Source: Abditibacterium sp.
GTDB taxonomy: Bacteria; Armatimonadota; Abditibacteriia; Abditibacteriales; Abditibacteriaceae
Direction of reading: 5' to 3'
Assembly (NCBI GenBank): GCA_965199495.1
Contig: CBDASK010000003.1
Location: 2,624,001 to 2,688,000, forward strand
DNA length: 64,000 nt
A model generated the notes under the pieces. It was not told where the DNA came from. It saw only the letters and a program-made list of their open reading frames with translations, and made no database searches. Position 1 is the first letter of the stretch, and each line of letters begins with the position of its first letter. A program made the translations under genes and the position numbers. This document shows positions 11,332 to 21,474 of the stretch, one piece after another.

Positions 11332-12303
11332 ATGGAAACACCCCAAATGCAATTTCGATACACCGGCCACAGCGGGCTGCAACTGCCGCTGATTTCGCTG
11401 GGTTTGTGGAACAACTTCGGCCACAAAGATGATTACGGCAAAGCGCGCGAAATCGTCAAAACCGCGTTCGACGCGGGCATCACGCACTTCGATTTGGCCA
11501 ACAATTACGGCCCGCCCGCCGGAAGCGCCGAAACCAATTTCGGTAAAATGCTCAAGAGCGATTTGGCCGGACATCGCGACGAATTAGTCATTTCGAGCAA
11601 AGCCGGTTACCGCATGTGGGACGGCGTTTACGGCGATGGCGGCTCGCGCAAATATCTCATCGCCAGTTGCGACCAAAGCCTGAAACGCATGGGTTTGGAA
11701 TACGTGGACATTTTTTATTCTCACCGCTACGACGACAAAACGCCGCTCGAAGAGACGATGGGCGCGCTCGACACTCTGGTGCGTAGCGGCAAGGCGCTTT
11801 ACGTCGGAATTTCGAGTTACAATCCTGAAAAGACGCAACAGGCCGCCGATATTTTGAAAGAGTTGGGCACGCCCTGTCTGATTCATCAGCCGAGTTATAG
11901 TTTGCTCAATCGTGGCATCGAAGACGGATTGTTGCAAACGCTCGAAAAAAACGGCATCGGTTGCATCGCGTTTTGCCCGCTTCATCAGGGCTTGCTGACC
12001 GATAAATATCTGAACGGCATTCCCGCCGATTCGCGCGCCGCCAACCCGCACGGCAGCCTGAGCGAAAGCAGCGTCAAGCCCGCCGAAATCGAGAAAGTCC
12101 GCCAACTCAACGAAATGGCGAAAGAGCGCGGACAGTCAATGGCACAAATGGCACTCGCGTGGGTTTTGCGCCATCCGGCCATGACGAGCGCCCTCATCGG
12201 CGCGTCGAAACCAAGTCAAATCACCGATAGCGTCGGTGCCATCAGCAATCTCGAATTTTCCGACGACGAATTGAAGCGAATTGACGCGATAACGAAGGGT
12301 TAG
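11332..12303 (+). CDS. Aldo/keto reductase, L-glyceraldehyde-3-phosphate reductase (YghZ/Gpr type)
   Basis: SLGLWNNFG, GITHFDLANNYGPPAGSAE, ELVISSKAGY, LIHQPSYS. Confidence 0.9.
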   Translation: METPQMQFRYTGHSGLQLPLISLGLWNNFGHKDDYGKAREIVKTAFDAGITHFDLANNYGPPAGSAETNFGKMLKSDLAGHRDELVISSKAGYRMWDGVYGDGGSRKYLIASCDQSLKRMGLEYVDIFYSHRYDDKTPLEETMGALDTLVRSGKALYVGISSYNPEKTQQAADILKELGTPCLIHQPSYSLLNRGIEDGLLQTLEKNGIGCIAFCPLHQGLLTDKYLNGIPADSRAANPHGSLSESSVKPAEIEKVRQLNEMAKERGQSMAQMALAWVLRHPAMTSALIGASKPSQITDSVGAISNLEFSDDELKRIDAITKG

Positions 12304-12317
12304 ATTTTCGGTTTTAC

Positions 12318-12446
12318 ACCAACGCGAAACGCCCCGTAGAGACACCGATTTATCGTGTCTAAAACGTAAGAACGTTTTTTCAATGAAGCGATTCCAATGT
12401 TTTAGACACGATAAATCGGTGTCTCTACAGGGCGTTTCGCGTTGGT
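12318..12446. repeat. GTAG-type REP doublet (REPIN), family C
   Basis: GTAGAGACACCGATTTATCGTGTCT and its inverted copy; arms extended outward by ACCAACGCGAAACGCCC. Confidence 0.9.
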
Positions 12447-12447
12447 A

Positions 12448-13452
12448 TTATTTCTTGCGTAACAAAAGCGCCAACGCGCCCAACGCCGCGCCCCAGCCCA
12501 ATGCGGTGCGAACCGACGGATGCGTTTCCAGCCACGTCCCGACGCTGCTGCCGCGCGCGCCCTCGAAATCGCCCTGCACGCGCGTATCGCCGGTATCCGA
12601 CGAGAACAGATTATCGGGCGCATTTTCCGATTTTGGTTCTTCGGTTTTCTGCATTTGGAACGACGTTTTACGCAACGCCAAATCCACCAAATGCGGCGCG
12701 ATGCGATTCATCAGCGCCAGCATCACGCCGCCGCCACCAACGATAATTTCGGGAATCGGTTTTTGTGCCGCCGCCGCAATTGCATGGGCCACGATTTCGG
12801 GCTGATACATCGGCGGCACCGCGACCGGCTTCACGCCGATTTTGGTGCGCGCGTTGCTAAAAAACGGCGTGTTAATGCCGCTTGGCATAATGTTGGTCAC
12901 GCTCACGGGGATGTCGTCGTGATCGAGTTCGATGCGCAATACATCGAGATAGGCTTTCATGCCGTGCTTGGCCGAACCATACGCCGCCTGAAACGGAATG
13001 CCGACCAGAGCTTCGACCGACGAGACCTGAATCAGGGCGCCGTGGCTGCTCTTGAGGTGCGGCAGCGCCACCATCGCGCCCCACGCGGCGCCGATTTGCG
13101 TCACTTGAATCACGCGCTGGTATTCTTCGGGCGTCGTATCGTCAAAACGCGCATACATCGCGGCGGCGGCGGTGTGAATCCATGTGTCAATGCGGCCCCA
13201 CTTCTCGACAGCGACGCGCGCCACGTTTTCGATTTGGTCGTAATGCGTCACATCCGCAGCCACGGCGAGCGCCTGTCCACCCGCGCGCTCGATTTCTTCG
13301 ACGAGTTCGTCCAATGCCTCTTGGCGGCGTGCGGCGACAACAACGCGCGCGCCCTGTTTTGCCATCAATAAAGCCGTCGCGCGCCCGATGCCCGAAGTCG
13401 CGCCCATCACGACGGCGACCTGTTCTTCGATTGGTTTGAGTTGGAGTTTCAT
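12448..13452 (-). CDS. Short-chain dehydrogenase/reductase
   Basis: GATSGIG and YGSAK motifs. Confidence 0.9.
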   Translation of the reverse strand: MKLQLKPIEEQVAVVMGATSGIGRATALLMAKQGARVVVAARRQEALDELVEEIERAGGQALAVAADVTHYDQIENVARVAVEKWGRIDTWIHTAAAAMYARFDDTTPEEYQRVIQVTQIGAAWGAMVALPHLKSSHGALIQVSSVEALVGIPFQAAYGSAKHGMKAYLDVLRIELDHDDIPVSVTNIMPSGINTPFFSNARTKIGVKPVAVPPMYQPEIVAHAIAAAAQKPIPEIIVGGGGVMLALMNRIAPHLVDLALRKTSFQMQKTEEPKSENAPDNLFSSDTGDTRVQGDFEGARGSSVGTWLETHPSVRTALGWGAALGALALLLRKK

Positions 13453-13497
13453 CTGCGCGCGGTCAAGGCAAAGGCGAGGCCGAACCCGCGCCACTTT

Positions 13498-16400
13498 CTA
13501 CCACTCTTCGTCGCCCGGCGACCAAGTGTCGGTCGCGCCCCAACGATCAAAGGGCCAATCGCGGCGTTCTGCTTTATCGGCGATCAGATATTGTCCGATT
13601 TTGCGGCGCACTTCGAGCGACCAGAAATTGTCTTCGCCGCGCGGAATCTGGCGCGCCATTTCGAGCGCGCGCGAACCGTCGGCGGCGCTCATGGCGCGCG
13701 CGATGGGCGCCAGACTTTGGCCATCGTTGCTGGCCAAACGCGAACTCCATTCGCGTTCGAGTTCGAGGCGCGCCGCGCTCGCATCGGCGCGCGCCAGATA
13801 AAACGCGTAGGGCGGCCAAAAACCGCTGCGATTATAATTATCCGAGTTGGCGCCCCGCACTCGCGCGAGTTCAAACAGTTCGCGGCCCAATTTTGGGTCG
13901 CTCTCGAACGCCTGCGCTGCGAAACGCGGCGTGGCGTTGACATCGCCAATCGTGACGGCTTCGCGCCACAAATCAGCAGCCACGGCGGGCGTTTGGAACG
14001 GCGCCACGAGCGCCAAAGCGCGTGCGCGGTCACTGTTAGCCGAAATGCGCCGCACTAATTCCAGCGCACTCGCCGGGTCTTTGGCCGCCAACAACGGCGC
14101 GATGCGGCGCGCGCTCACGTCAAAAGCGTATTGCGGCACGTTTTGCATCGAGTGATCGTTATCATTGCCGAAATCGGGTGTGGGTTTTTGGGCCAACTGT
14201 TCCAATAGCGCCAGCGCCGCCTCGACGCCGCGTTTGCGCGCGACAACGGGAATCGCTTTGCCCAAAGCCGCCACGTCGTCGCCCACTTCGGGCGAGATGT
14301 TGACCAGCAAATGCTGCAACAACGCCAGGTTACCCTGCGCCACGATTTCCGCCGCGCTCGCCAGACTTCCATCGCGGCCCGTGGTGTAATAACCGTCTTT
14401 GGTGTAATTTTTGGGGCCGTGACTTTTGAGCGTCAGCGCAATCGCTTTGTCCAGCGCCGCCGCGCCCGCCGCTTCGCCGCGCGCTTGTTCGGTTGCGACC
14501 GCCACGCGATACAAATTCCATTCGCGCGATTGAATATCGGTCGCCGTGCGCGCCATGATTTCGTCGGCGACGCTCAAAGCGCGCTCGCTGACCGCTTTAT
14601 CGTCGCCAACCGCGATGGCGGCGTCGAGCCACGCGCTCAGACGCACTTCGGGGTCTTGAATGCCGCGCGCGACCGATTCGATTTGCCCACTGCGGTTGTC
14701 GGCGCCAAGTTTGGGCGCCCATTTCATCAACTGTGTGTAAAGCGAATAATCGTGATTGGGCGTCGGTGGCTCCTGCGCCGCGCCTTGCAATTGGGCGAAA
14801 GTCTCGCCTTCGGCTGCGTTGAGTTGTCCCAAAACCCAACTGCGCGCGTAAAACTTGTCGTCGTTACCCGTTTCGTTGATAATCTCGCGCCACGCGTCGC
14901 GCCCCAGTTCGACATCCGTCGTCTGCGCCTTCATCGGCGCCAATTCGATTTTGATCGGCGCGTCATCCGCCGCAATCGCGCTGCCAAAATTTCCGTCGCG
15001 GGCCGCGTAAACCGTCACTGCGCCCGCAGGCAAATTTTTGAAACTGAACTGGCCCGTCGCATCAGCCACGGCGTCGCGGCCCGCCGCGACTACGCGCGCG
15101 CCGGGCGAAGTCGTGCCTTCGATTTTGCGGTCGAGCGCCGTCAAGACGATGTCGCTGGCCTTCCAATTGGCGCCGTCCGCCGCAATCTCGCCGCCTTCGA
15201 CGAACGAGTAACCAGCGGCCTTGATCGTGATTTTCAAGCCGCGCGCCATTTCGCTCGGTTTTTCGCCCGCGCGAATGCGGTCGAACTGGTAATTTCCGTT
15301 TGTATCGGTCGTGGCCGTCAGCGAACTGTCGAGCAAGCCGTTATCGCCCGCCTTGAAATAAAAATCGGCCTTGACTTCGACGCCCGCGCGCGGCGTGCCA
15401 TCGGGCGCCACGACGCGCCCCCGAAGCGTGTGCCACGGGCGCAGTTCCACTTGAACGACATACAGTTCTTTCGATGGCACTTCCAAATTGGCGCCCGACG
15501 TAATCTCGTAATAGCCCGCGTCGCTGTCGCCGCCCGCCAGATTAACCGTGCGTAACGATTCGGGTTCATAGCTCCATTTGCCCTGCGCGTCGCTCTGGAT
15601 ATTTTCCTGAAAGCCGCCCCAAACGCGCAGTTGCGCTTGCACCGGCTGATTTTTCTCATTCACGATAACGCCGGTCAACACCGGTTTGGCGGGCAAATCG
15701 AAGATAACATCGGGCGTTTTTTCGTCAACGTTCAGCGTTTGTTGAATGCCGCTCGAAACGTAAGCATCGGGCGTTGTCCAAAACTGAAACGTGTTCTGCC
15801 CCGGCAAAACGCGCACGGAAAAACGGCCATCGGCGCCAGTCAATTCGCTCTGACTACGCGTGTCGCCGCCGCCGTCCGGCCCGAAAATTCCGCCGATTTG
15901 CGCGCCCTGAAGCGGCTTTTGCGTCGCGGCGTCGCGCACCAGACCTTTGACGACCAATGTTTCGACGGCCTGCAAAGTTGGCACGGGATTGGTCTGACCG
16001 ACCTGCGCCAAAACGTTCTTTTGCGCGGGCACCAAATAATCGGCGTCATCGGGAATGCTGGCGCCCACGTTGTAAGTGCCCGCGCTCAGGTTATCAATGG
16101 TGAATTTGCCTTCGTCGTCGGTTTCTCCGTCGCCGCCGCCCACGCTCATGCGGTCGGAACTGCGCGCATAAACGCGCGTTTTGGGAATTGGTTTGCCATT
16201 CAATCCCAGCAATTGTCCGCTCAAAAGCGCGCCCGGCTTCAAAACGAGCGTCGCGGGCGTTTCGGCGTTCAGGTCTTGACCGCTAATTGCCGCGAACCGT
16301 GGCGCCGTGGCTGAGTAAGAGAACGTGCCGCCAACGGGCAAACCCGCGATTTCAAAACCGCCATCGGCGCCCGCTGTGGCGCTATAAATCTCGCTCAATT

Positions 16401-16836
16401 TTTTGCCAGACGGATAAATATAATCTTCTCGCGATGCCCCTTTCGCGCGCATCACGCCGACTTGAATTTTCGCGCCAGCCACCGGTTTTTCGGCCTCGTC
16501 CACGACTTTGCCGCGCCATGTCATGCCCGGCGGCAACGCGAAATCGAGTGTCGCCGCGTCTATCGCGTGCGATTGCAAGCTAAAACCGGGCGCATAAGCC
16601 GTCACGTTGCCGACCGGTTTTTTCGGATCGAGCGATTGCTGTAACTCGAACTTGAGCGCGCCATCGTCGCCAGTTTGGAGCGTTTCTTCGCGATAAGACT
16701 TTTCGCCCCAAATGCGCAATGCCACAGTTGCGTTCGCGATAGGCGCCTTTTTCGTATCGGTCACGCGAACCGTAATGGTGTTTTGCGCCCACGCCGGAAC
16801 GCAGAGCAAAGCGAGCAATAATGCCGAAAATTTCAC
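13498..16836 (-). CDS. Large secreted protein with carboxypeptidase-regulatory-like repeats and helical C-terminus
   Basis: Signal peptide; repeated G.V.D...P..GA...TD.DG.F modules. Confidence 0.75.
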   Translation of the reverse strand: MKFSALLLALLCVPAWAQNTITVRVTDTKKAPIANATVALRIWGEKSYREETLQTGDDGALKFELQQSLDPKKPVGNVTAYAPGFSLQSHAIDAATLDFALPPGMTWRGKVVDEAEKPVAGAKIQVGVMRAKGASREDYIYPSGKKLSEIYSATAGADGGFEIAGLPVGGTFSYSATAPRFAAISGQDLNAETPATLVLKPGALLSGQLLGLNGKPIPKTRVYARSSDRMSVGGGDGETDDEGKFTIDNLSAGTYNVGASIPDDADYLVPAQKNVLAQVGQTNPVPTLQAVETLVVKGLVRDAATQKPLQGAQIGGIFGPDGGGDTRSQSELTGADGRFSVRVLPGQNTFQFWTTPDAYVSSGIQQTLNVDEKTPDVIFDLPAKPVLTGVIVNEKNQPVQAQLRVWGGFQENIQSDAQGKWSYEPESLRTVNLAGGDSDAGYYEITSGANLEVPSKELYVVQVELRPWHTLRGRVVAPDGTPRAGVEVKADFYFKAGDNGLLDSSLTATTDTNGNYQFDRIRAGEKPSEMARGLKITIKAAGYSFVEGGEIAADGANWKASDIVLTALDRKIEGTTSPGARVVAAGRDAVADATGQFSFKNLPAGAVTVYAARDGNFGSAIAADDAPIKIELAPMKAQTTDVELGRDAWREIINETGNDDKFYARSWVLGQLNAAEGETFAQLQGAAQEPPTPNHDYSLYTQLMKWAPKLGADNRSGQIESVARGIQDPEVRLSAWLDAAIAVGDDKAVSERALSVADEIMARTATDIQSREWNLYRVAVATEQARGEAAGAAALDKAIALTLKSHGPKNYTKDGYYTTGRDGSLASAAEIVAQGNLALLQHLLVNISPEVGDDVAALGKAIPVVARKRGVEAALALLEQLAQKPTPDFGNDNDHSMQNVPQYAFDVSARRIAPLLAAKDPASALELVRRISANSDRARALALVAPFQTPAVAADLWREAVTIGDVNATPRFAAQAFESDPKLGRELFELARVRGANSDNYNRSGFWPPYAFYLARADASAARLELEREWSSRLASNDGQSLAPIARAMSAADGSRALEMARQIPRGEDNFWSLEVRRKIGQYLIADKAERRDWPFDRWGATDTWSPGDEEW

Positions 16837-16986
16837 GGGCGCAGTTTAACAGTTTGCAGTGATAAATTGGCAATAATGTGGTTCTGGGAGCGCGCGGAGC
16901 GCGCAACTATCCGCCTGCGTGGACACGGAAAAATTTAATTCGACGGAAATTGCGCTCGCTTTCATGCGTCAGAGAAACTCTCACCG

Positions 16987-18240
16987 ATGTCCGCTTCACC
17001 GCTTCGCGCGTTTGGTTCGCGCCAACGCAAAAATCCTTACGAAGGTCGCGGCGATACGCGCAAGCGCCGCAAATTCAAAGAGCAAACGCGCGAATTGCCG
17101 CACTTGCCCGGCGTCTACTTCTTCTACGGTCACGACGACCGTTTGCTTTACATCGGCAAAGCCAAGCGCTTGCGCGAACGCGTGCGCAGTTACTTCTCCG
17201 ACACATCGTTGCCGCGCCCGCCGAAAATTCGGCGTTTGTTGGCCGAAATCACGCGCTTCGAGACGCATCGCGTCGGCTCCGATTTGGAAGCGCTCTTACT
17301 CGAACGCCGCTTGATCGCCGAGCGCCAACCGCTTTTGAATCGGCAACACAAACGGTTCGAGGTTTATCCGTATTTGTTGTTATCGGACGAAGAATTCCCG
17401 CGATTGACCATCACGCGCGCGCAACCGATTGAAGGTGAAACCGATAAAGAAACCAACTTGATTTTGCGCGAAATCAGCGAAGGAATGCGCGAAACGCGCC
17501 CGCTCGAAACGCCGCGCGCGGGCGACGTGGCTGGCTTGTATCTCGGCCCATTCACCACGCCGCGCCACGCGTATTGGGCGTTGGATGCCGTCGTCAAACT
17601 GTTTCCTCTCCGTTCGTGCGCCGAGTTTTCGGTGAGCGAGAAAAACGTCGGCTGTTTCTATCGCGAAATTGGGCGTTGTTGCGGCCCGTGTATCGGCCAG
17701 ACTTCGCGCGAACAATACGGCGCGTTGTGCGACGATTTGGTCAAGTTGCTCGAAACCGGCGAAGCGCCGCAGTTGGACGCATTGAAACTGCGCATGGCGA
17801 AGTTGGCCGAAGACTGGAAGTTTGAGGAAGCTGCTGTCGTCAAAGAACAGATTGGGGCATTGGAACAAGTCGCCACGCGTTTGCGCCGACTGGCGCGGAT
17901 GCGGCGCGAGAACAACGCGGTCATCGCGCAACCGGGATTAATCGAGAACACGACGGCGCTGTTTTTGGTGCGCGGCGGCGCGGTGCGGCGCCATTTGGTT
18001 GTTGGCGCCGATGATGCAGCCACGGCGCGGCGGGCGATTCGCGAAACCTTTGAAGGCGCGTGGGAAGCGCGCCAATTCACCGCCAAAACCGAGTTGGACG
18101 AAATGATGATCATTGACCGGTGGCTGCGTTCGCACGGCGATGAAATGGGCGTCGCGTGGATGAACGATTTGAGTTCGCGCAACTGGGTCAGCAACGCGAT
18201 GCGGCGCGTTTTGACGGCGAATTTCGAGGATGGGAAATGA
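16987..18240 (+). CDS. UvrC/Cho-like GIY-YIG nuclease with UVR domain
   Basis: PGVYFF..LLYIGKAKRLRERVRSYF, ALLLE..LI....P.LN, Cys cluster, M..LAE...FEEAA; no recognisable RNaseH/HhH C-terminus. Confidence 0.85.
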   Translation: MSASPLRAFGSRQRKNPYEGRGDTRKRRKFKEQTRELPHLPGVYFFYGHDDRLLYIGKAKRLRERVRSYFSDTSLPRPPKIRRLLAEITRFETHRVGSDLEALLLERRLIAERQPLLNRQHKRFEVYPYLLLSDEEFPRLTITRAQPIEGETDKETNLILREISEGMRETRPLETPRAGDVAGLYLGPFTTPRHAYWALDAVVKLFPLRSCAEFSVSEKNVGCFYREIGRCCGPCIGQTSREQYGALCDDLVKLLETGEAPQLDALKLRMAKLAEDWKFEEAAVVKEQIGALEQVATRLRRLARMRRENNAVIAQPGLIENTTALFLVRGGAVRRHLVVGADDAATARRAIRETFEGAWEARQFTAKTELDEMMIIDRWLRSHGDEMGVAWMNDLSSRNWVSNAMRRVLTANFEDGK

Positions 18241-18449
18241 AACGATATGAATTGTGGCGCAGTAGAGCCGATGGCTTACGCGAATCTTTCTTCCCCGCAG
18301 ATAATGATTCCGCGCGCAATTCGCTCGAACCCGATGCGCGCTTAATTTGGACTTGCGAAGCGAGTTCGTGGAACGAAGCGCAGCAAAAACGCACCGATTT
18401 CATGGATTGGGGACGTTACCGCACCATCGAAGAAGAGGTTGCTGAATAA
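18237..18449 (+). CDS. Small hypothetical protein (70 aa)
   Basis: ATGA overlap with the upstream stop; protein-like sequence. Confidence 0.6.
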   Translation: MKRYELWRSRADGLRESFFPADNDSARNSLEPDARLIWTCEASSWNEAQQKRTDFMDWGRYRTIEEEVAE

Positions 18450-18576
18450 ATCGGTCTTCACACCAGCGAAAGTTGGCCGATGTGGAAATCAACCGTGAGC
18501 AGATGGCCTCACATGACACTGGCGCCAGCACTGTGGACGGAGAACGTCAGCTTGTTTTCATCGCAACTTGGGTTAG

Positions 18577-18831
18577 TTACGATTCTCGGCAACCAGATAA
18601 CCAAAATTTTATGCCCTCGGCTATTTCGTCAACGTAGAACGATGCCCAACTCTGAATTGACCCATCTCGTTGGGCCAAAGCGTAAGCGTCCATTTCGTCG
18701 CGGTCGAAGCTGTGAAAAACAACGGTGCCTTGAGTCACCCGGTCGTATTGGTCGGTTTCGGGGTCGGCGATTAAAACCCATTGACCGTCGAATTGCGCCT
18801 CAATCTCTTCAATCGTCATTTCTTGTGGCAT
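18577..18831 (-). CDS. Small hypothetical protein (DUF5678-like)
   Basis: MTIEEIEAQFDGQWVLI...VVFHSFDRDE pattern. Confidence 0.6.
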   Translation of the reverse strand: MPQEMTIEEIEAQFDGQWVLIADPETDQYDRVTQGTVVFHSFDRDEMDAYALAQRDGSIQSWASFYVDEIAEGIKFWLSGCRES

Positions 18832-18887
18832 GATGTTTTGAGTTTACCCCGCGCGCGCTAATTATTCTAAACTGGCGTTTTCCCATT

Positions 18888-20801
18888 ATGTCCGATCAAA
18901 ATCTCGATTCTCTGCAAAAAGATAGCGAAATCTTTTATCCGTCGCAAAAGGCGTTGGATGCCGCCATCGTCACCGATTTCGACGCGTTACGCGAAGAGGC
19001 CAACGCCGATCCCGCCGCGTTTTGGGACAAGCAGGCGCGCGAACTCAAATGGTTTCGGCAGTGGAAAAAGACCGTCGAATGGCAAACCGATCCGCCCAAA
19101 GTCGAATGGTTTGTTGGCGCCGAATGTAATATCACGCTGAACGCTTTGGATCGCCACGTCGAAGGCGGCAAGCGCAACAAAGTCGCGTTTATCTGGGCCG
19201 CCGAAGAGGGCGATGCCAAAGTTAAAGAGCGCAAAATGACCTACGGCGAACTATTGCGCCGCGTCAATCAATGCGCCAACGCTTTGAAAAATATGGGCGT
19301 CCAAAAGGGTGACCGCGTTACGCTTTACATGGCGCTGACGCCCGAACTGCCGATCGCGATGCTCGCGTGCGCGCGCATCGGCGCGATTCACTGCGTGGTT
19401 TACGCCGGGTTTTCGGCGCCCGCGCTGCGACAGCGCATCGAAGATTCGGGTTCTAAAGTCGTGATTTGCACCGATTTGAGTTATCGGCGCGGCAAACGCG
19501 TGGATTTGAAGGGCATCGTGGACGAAGCCACGCGCGGTTTGAACATGGTCGAGGATATTTTAGTTTTCCGCCGTGGCCATACTCCGCTCGAACTCGTCGA
19601 GCCGCGCGAGAAAGATTGGGACGAGACGTTAGATGCGCAATCGGACAAGTGCGCCCCGGAAGTTTTGGATTCGGAAGCGCCCCTGTTTTATCTTTATACG
19701 TCGGGCACGACCGGCAAGCCCAAAGGCATCGTTCACGTTCACGGCGGCTACATGGTCGGCACCAGCTACACCCAGCGCATCGCGTTCGATATGAACGACG
19801 ATGATATATTTTTCTGCACCGCCGATCCGGGCTGGATTACCGGGCATTCTTATGTCGTTTACGGCCCGCTCATTAACGGCGGCACGGTTTTATTGGCCGA
19901 AGGCGCATTGGATTATCCCGACGCCGGGCGTTGGTGGAGTTTGATTCAAAAATACGGCGTGACGATTTTCTATTCGACGCCAACCGCGATTCGCGCCTTG
20001 ATGCGTTTCGGCGAAGAGTTTCCGGCCAAATACGATTTAAGTTCGTTGCGCGTTTTGGGCACCGTCGGCGAGCCGATTAACCCCGAAGCGTGGCTGTGGT
20101 TTCATAAAAATATCGGCAACGGTGAATGTCCAATTATTGATACGTGGTGGCAAACCGAAACCGGCCAGTTCATGCTGGGCACGGTGCCTTCTTATCCGGC
20201 CAAACCGGGCAGTCCGGGCAAACCGTTTCCCGGCATCGTCGCCGATGTCGTGGACAAACAGGGCAACTCGGTCGAAGACGGCAAAGGCGGATTTCTGGTC
20301 ATCAAAAGCGTGTGGCCCGCGATGATGCGCACGATTTCGGGCGACGTAGATCGCTATAACAACTATTGGGAATTGATTCCCGGTATGTATGCGGCGGGCG
20401 ACGTGGCCACGCGCGATGCCGATGGCTATTTCCGCGTCATGGGCCGCGCCGACGACGTGTTGAACGTGTCGGGCTACCGCATCGGCACCGCCGATGTCGA
20501 AAGCGCTTTGGTTTCGCATCCCGCCGTGGCCGAAGCCGCCGTCGTGGGCAAACCCGACGAGTTGAAGGGCGAAAGCATCAAAGCGTTCATCATTTTGCGC
20601 GAAGGACAAAGCGGCGACGATAAATTGGTCGCGGCCCTGCGCGCGCACGTTCGCGCCGAACTGTCGCCAATTGCGATGCCGTCGGAAATCGAGTTCGTCG
20701 AGAGTTTGCCCAAAACGCGTTCGGGCAAAATCATGCGCCGCGTTTTGAAAGCGAAAGAGTTGGGCGTCGAACCGGGCGATGTTTCGACGCTGGAGGATTA
20801 G
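18888..20801 (+). CDS. acs: Acetyl-CoA synthetase
   Basis: YTSGTTGKPKG, WITGHSY, DTWWQTETG, LPKTRSGKIMRR. Confidence 0.97.
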   Translation: MSDQNLDSLQKDSEIFYPSQKALDAAIVTDFDALREEANADPAAFWDKQARELKWFRQWKKTVEWQTDPPKVEWFVGAECNITLNALDRHVEGGKRNKVAFIWAAEEGDAKVKERKMTYGELLRRVNQCANALKNMGVQKGDRVTLYMALTPELPIAMLACARIGAIHCVVYAGFSAPALRQRIEDSGSKVVICTDLSYRRGKRVDLKGIVDEATRGLNMVEDILVFRRGHTPLELVEPREKDWDETLDAQSDKCAPEVLDSEAPLFYLYTSGTTGKPKGIVHVHGGYMVGTSYTQRIAFDMNDDDIFFCTADPGWITGHSYVVYGPLINGGTVLLAEGALDYPDAGRWWSLIQKYGVTIFYSTPTAIRALMRFGEEFPAKYDLSSLRVLGTVGEPINPEAWLWFHKNIGNGECPIIDTWWQTETGQFMLGTVPSYPAKPGSPGKPFPGIVADVVDKQGNSVEDGKGGFLVIKSVWPAMMRTISGDVDRYNNYWELIPGMYAAGDVATRDADGYFRVMGRADDVLNVSGYRIGTADVESALVSHPAVAEAAVVGKPDELKGESIKAFIILREGQSGDDKLVAALRAHVRAELSPIAMPSEIEFVESLPKTRSGKIMRRVLKAKELGVEPGDVSTLED

Positions 20802-20812
20802 CGAGTAAGTGC

Positions 20813-20858
20813 GACAAAATTTTTGTTCTTGATTCAAAACAGGAACGAAAATTTTGTC
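20813..20858. terminator. AT-rich hairpin after acs
   Basis: 19-bp inverted arms with two G-U pairs. Confidence 0.55.
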
Positions 20859-20869
20859 TCTCATTAATA

Positions 20870-21385
20870 ATGAAAAATACTGCGCTCACGAAGACAACCC
20901 ATCTTTTCGAGGCTAAATATTTCTTGGTGTTGCTGACTTTTTTACTGGTTGTTGTGATGGCGGCGAATTATGAGGAATGGCGCGGTAGTTTCTTTCCGCC
21001 CGCTTATGCAACTGTTCGGGGAGAAATCGTCAAACGGGGAGTGAGACACGGCCACAAATCGGTTTATGTGCCTCACCTCAAATATCGATATGAAGTCGGT
21101 GGCAAATCTTACGAGAACGACCGAATCAGTTTTGCTCCCCAAGGTGGTAAACGAAAAGACGCGCGTTTGGCTTTGGCACATTATGCCGAACAAAGCTCTG
21201 TTCAGGTCTATTACGATCCAGATAATCCTCAATTTGCGGTTTTAAAACCCGAATCGAGATTGGCCGGTTGGCAGATTATTTCGCTCGGTGGTTTGATAGG
21301 CGCTGATATTTTTCTCCTCCTCTATATTATAGTAATGAGTTGTAAAGCATATCTCCGAAGAGAAGTGGGGCAAGGGCGCGTTTGA
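20870..21385 (+). CDS. DUF3592-like membrane protein
   Basis: TM - Y.Y.V.GK.Y...V.VYYDP.NP..AVL - TM; lower GC. Confidence 0.75.
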   Translation: MKNTALTKTTHLFEAKYFLVLLTFLLVVVMAANYEEWRGSFFPPAYATVRGEIVKRGVRHGHKSVYVPHLKYRYEVGGKSYENDRISFAPQGGKRKDARLALAHYAEQSSVQVYYDPDNPQFAVLKPESRLAGWQIISLGGLIGADIFLLLYIIVMSCKAYLRREVGQGRV

Positions 21386-21430
21386 CGAGCATCTCGAAGA
21401 TATTAATGAGTTGTAAAGCGTATCTCCGAA
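21333..21430 (+). repeat. 27-bp direct repeat spanning the 3' end of the DUF3592 gene
   Basis: TAATGAGTTGTAAAGC(A/G)TATCTCCGAA at 21333-21359 and 21404-21430. Confidence 0.85.
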
Positions 21431-21474
21431 ACCGACCAAAACATAAAAGTCGTCCTTGATCGTCTATTCAATAA

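Noticed and set aside
21333..21430. Two repeats with a 44-nt spacer as a mini-CRISPR
   Set aside because: Only two units, one lies in a CDS, no cas genes or leader
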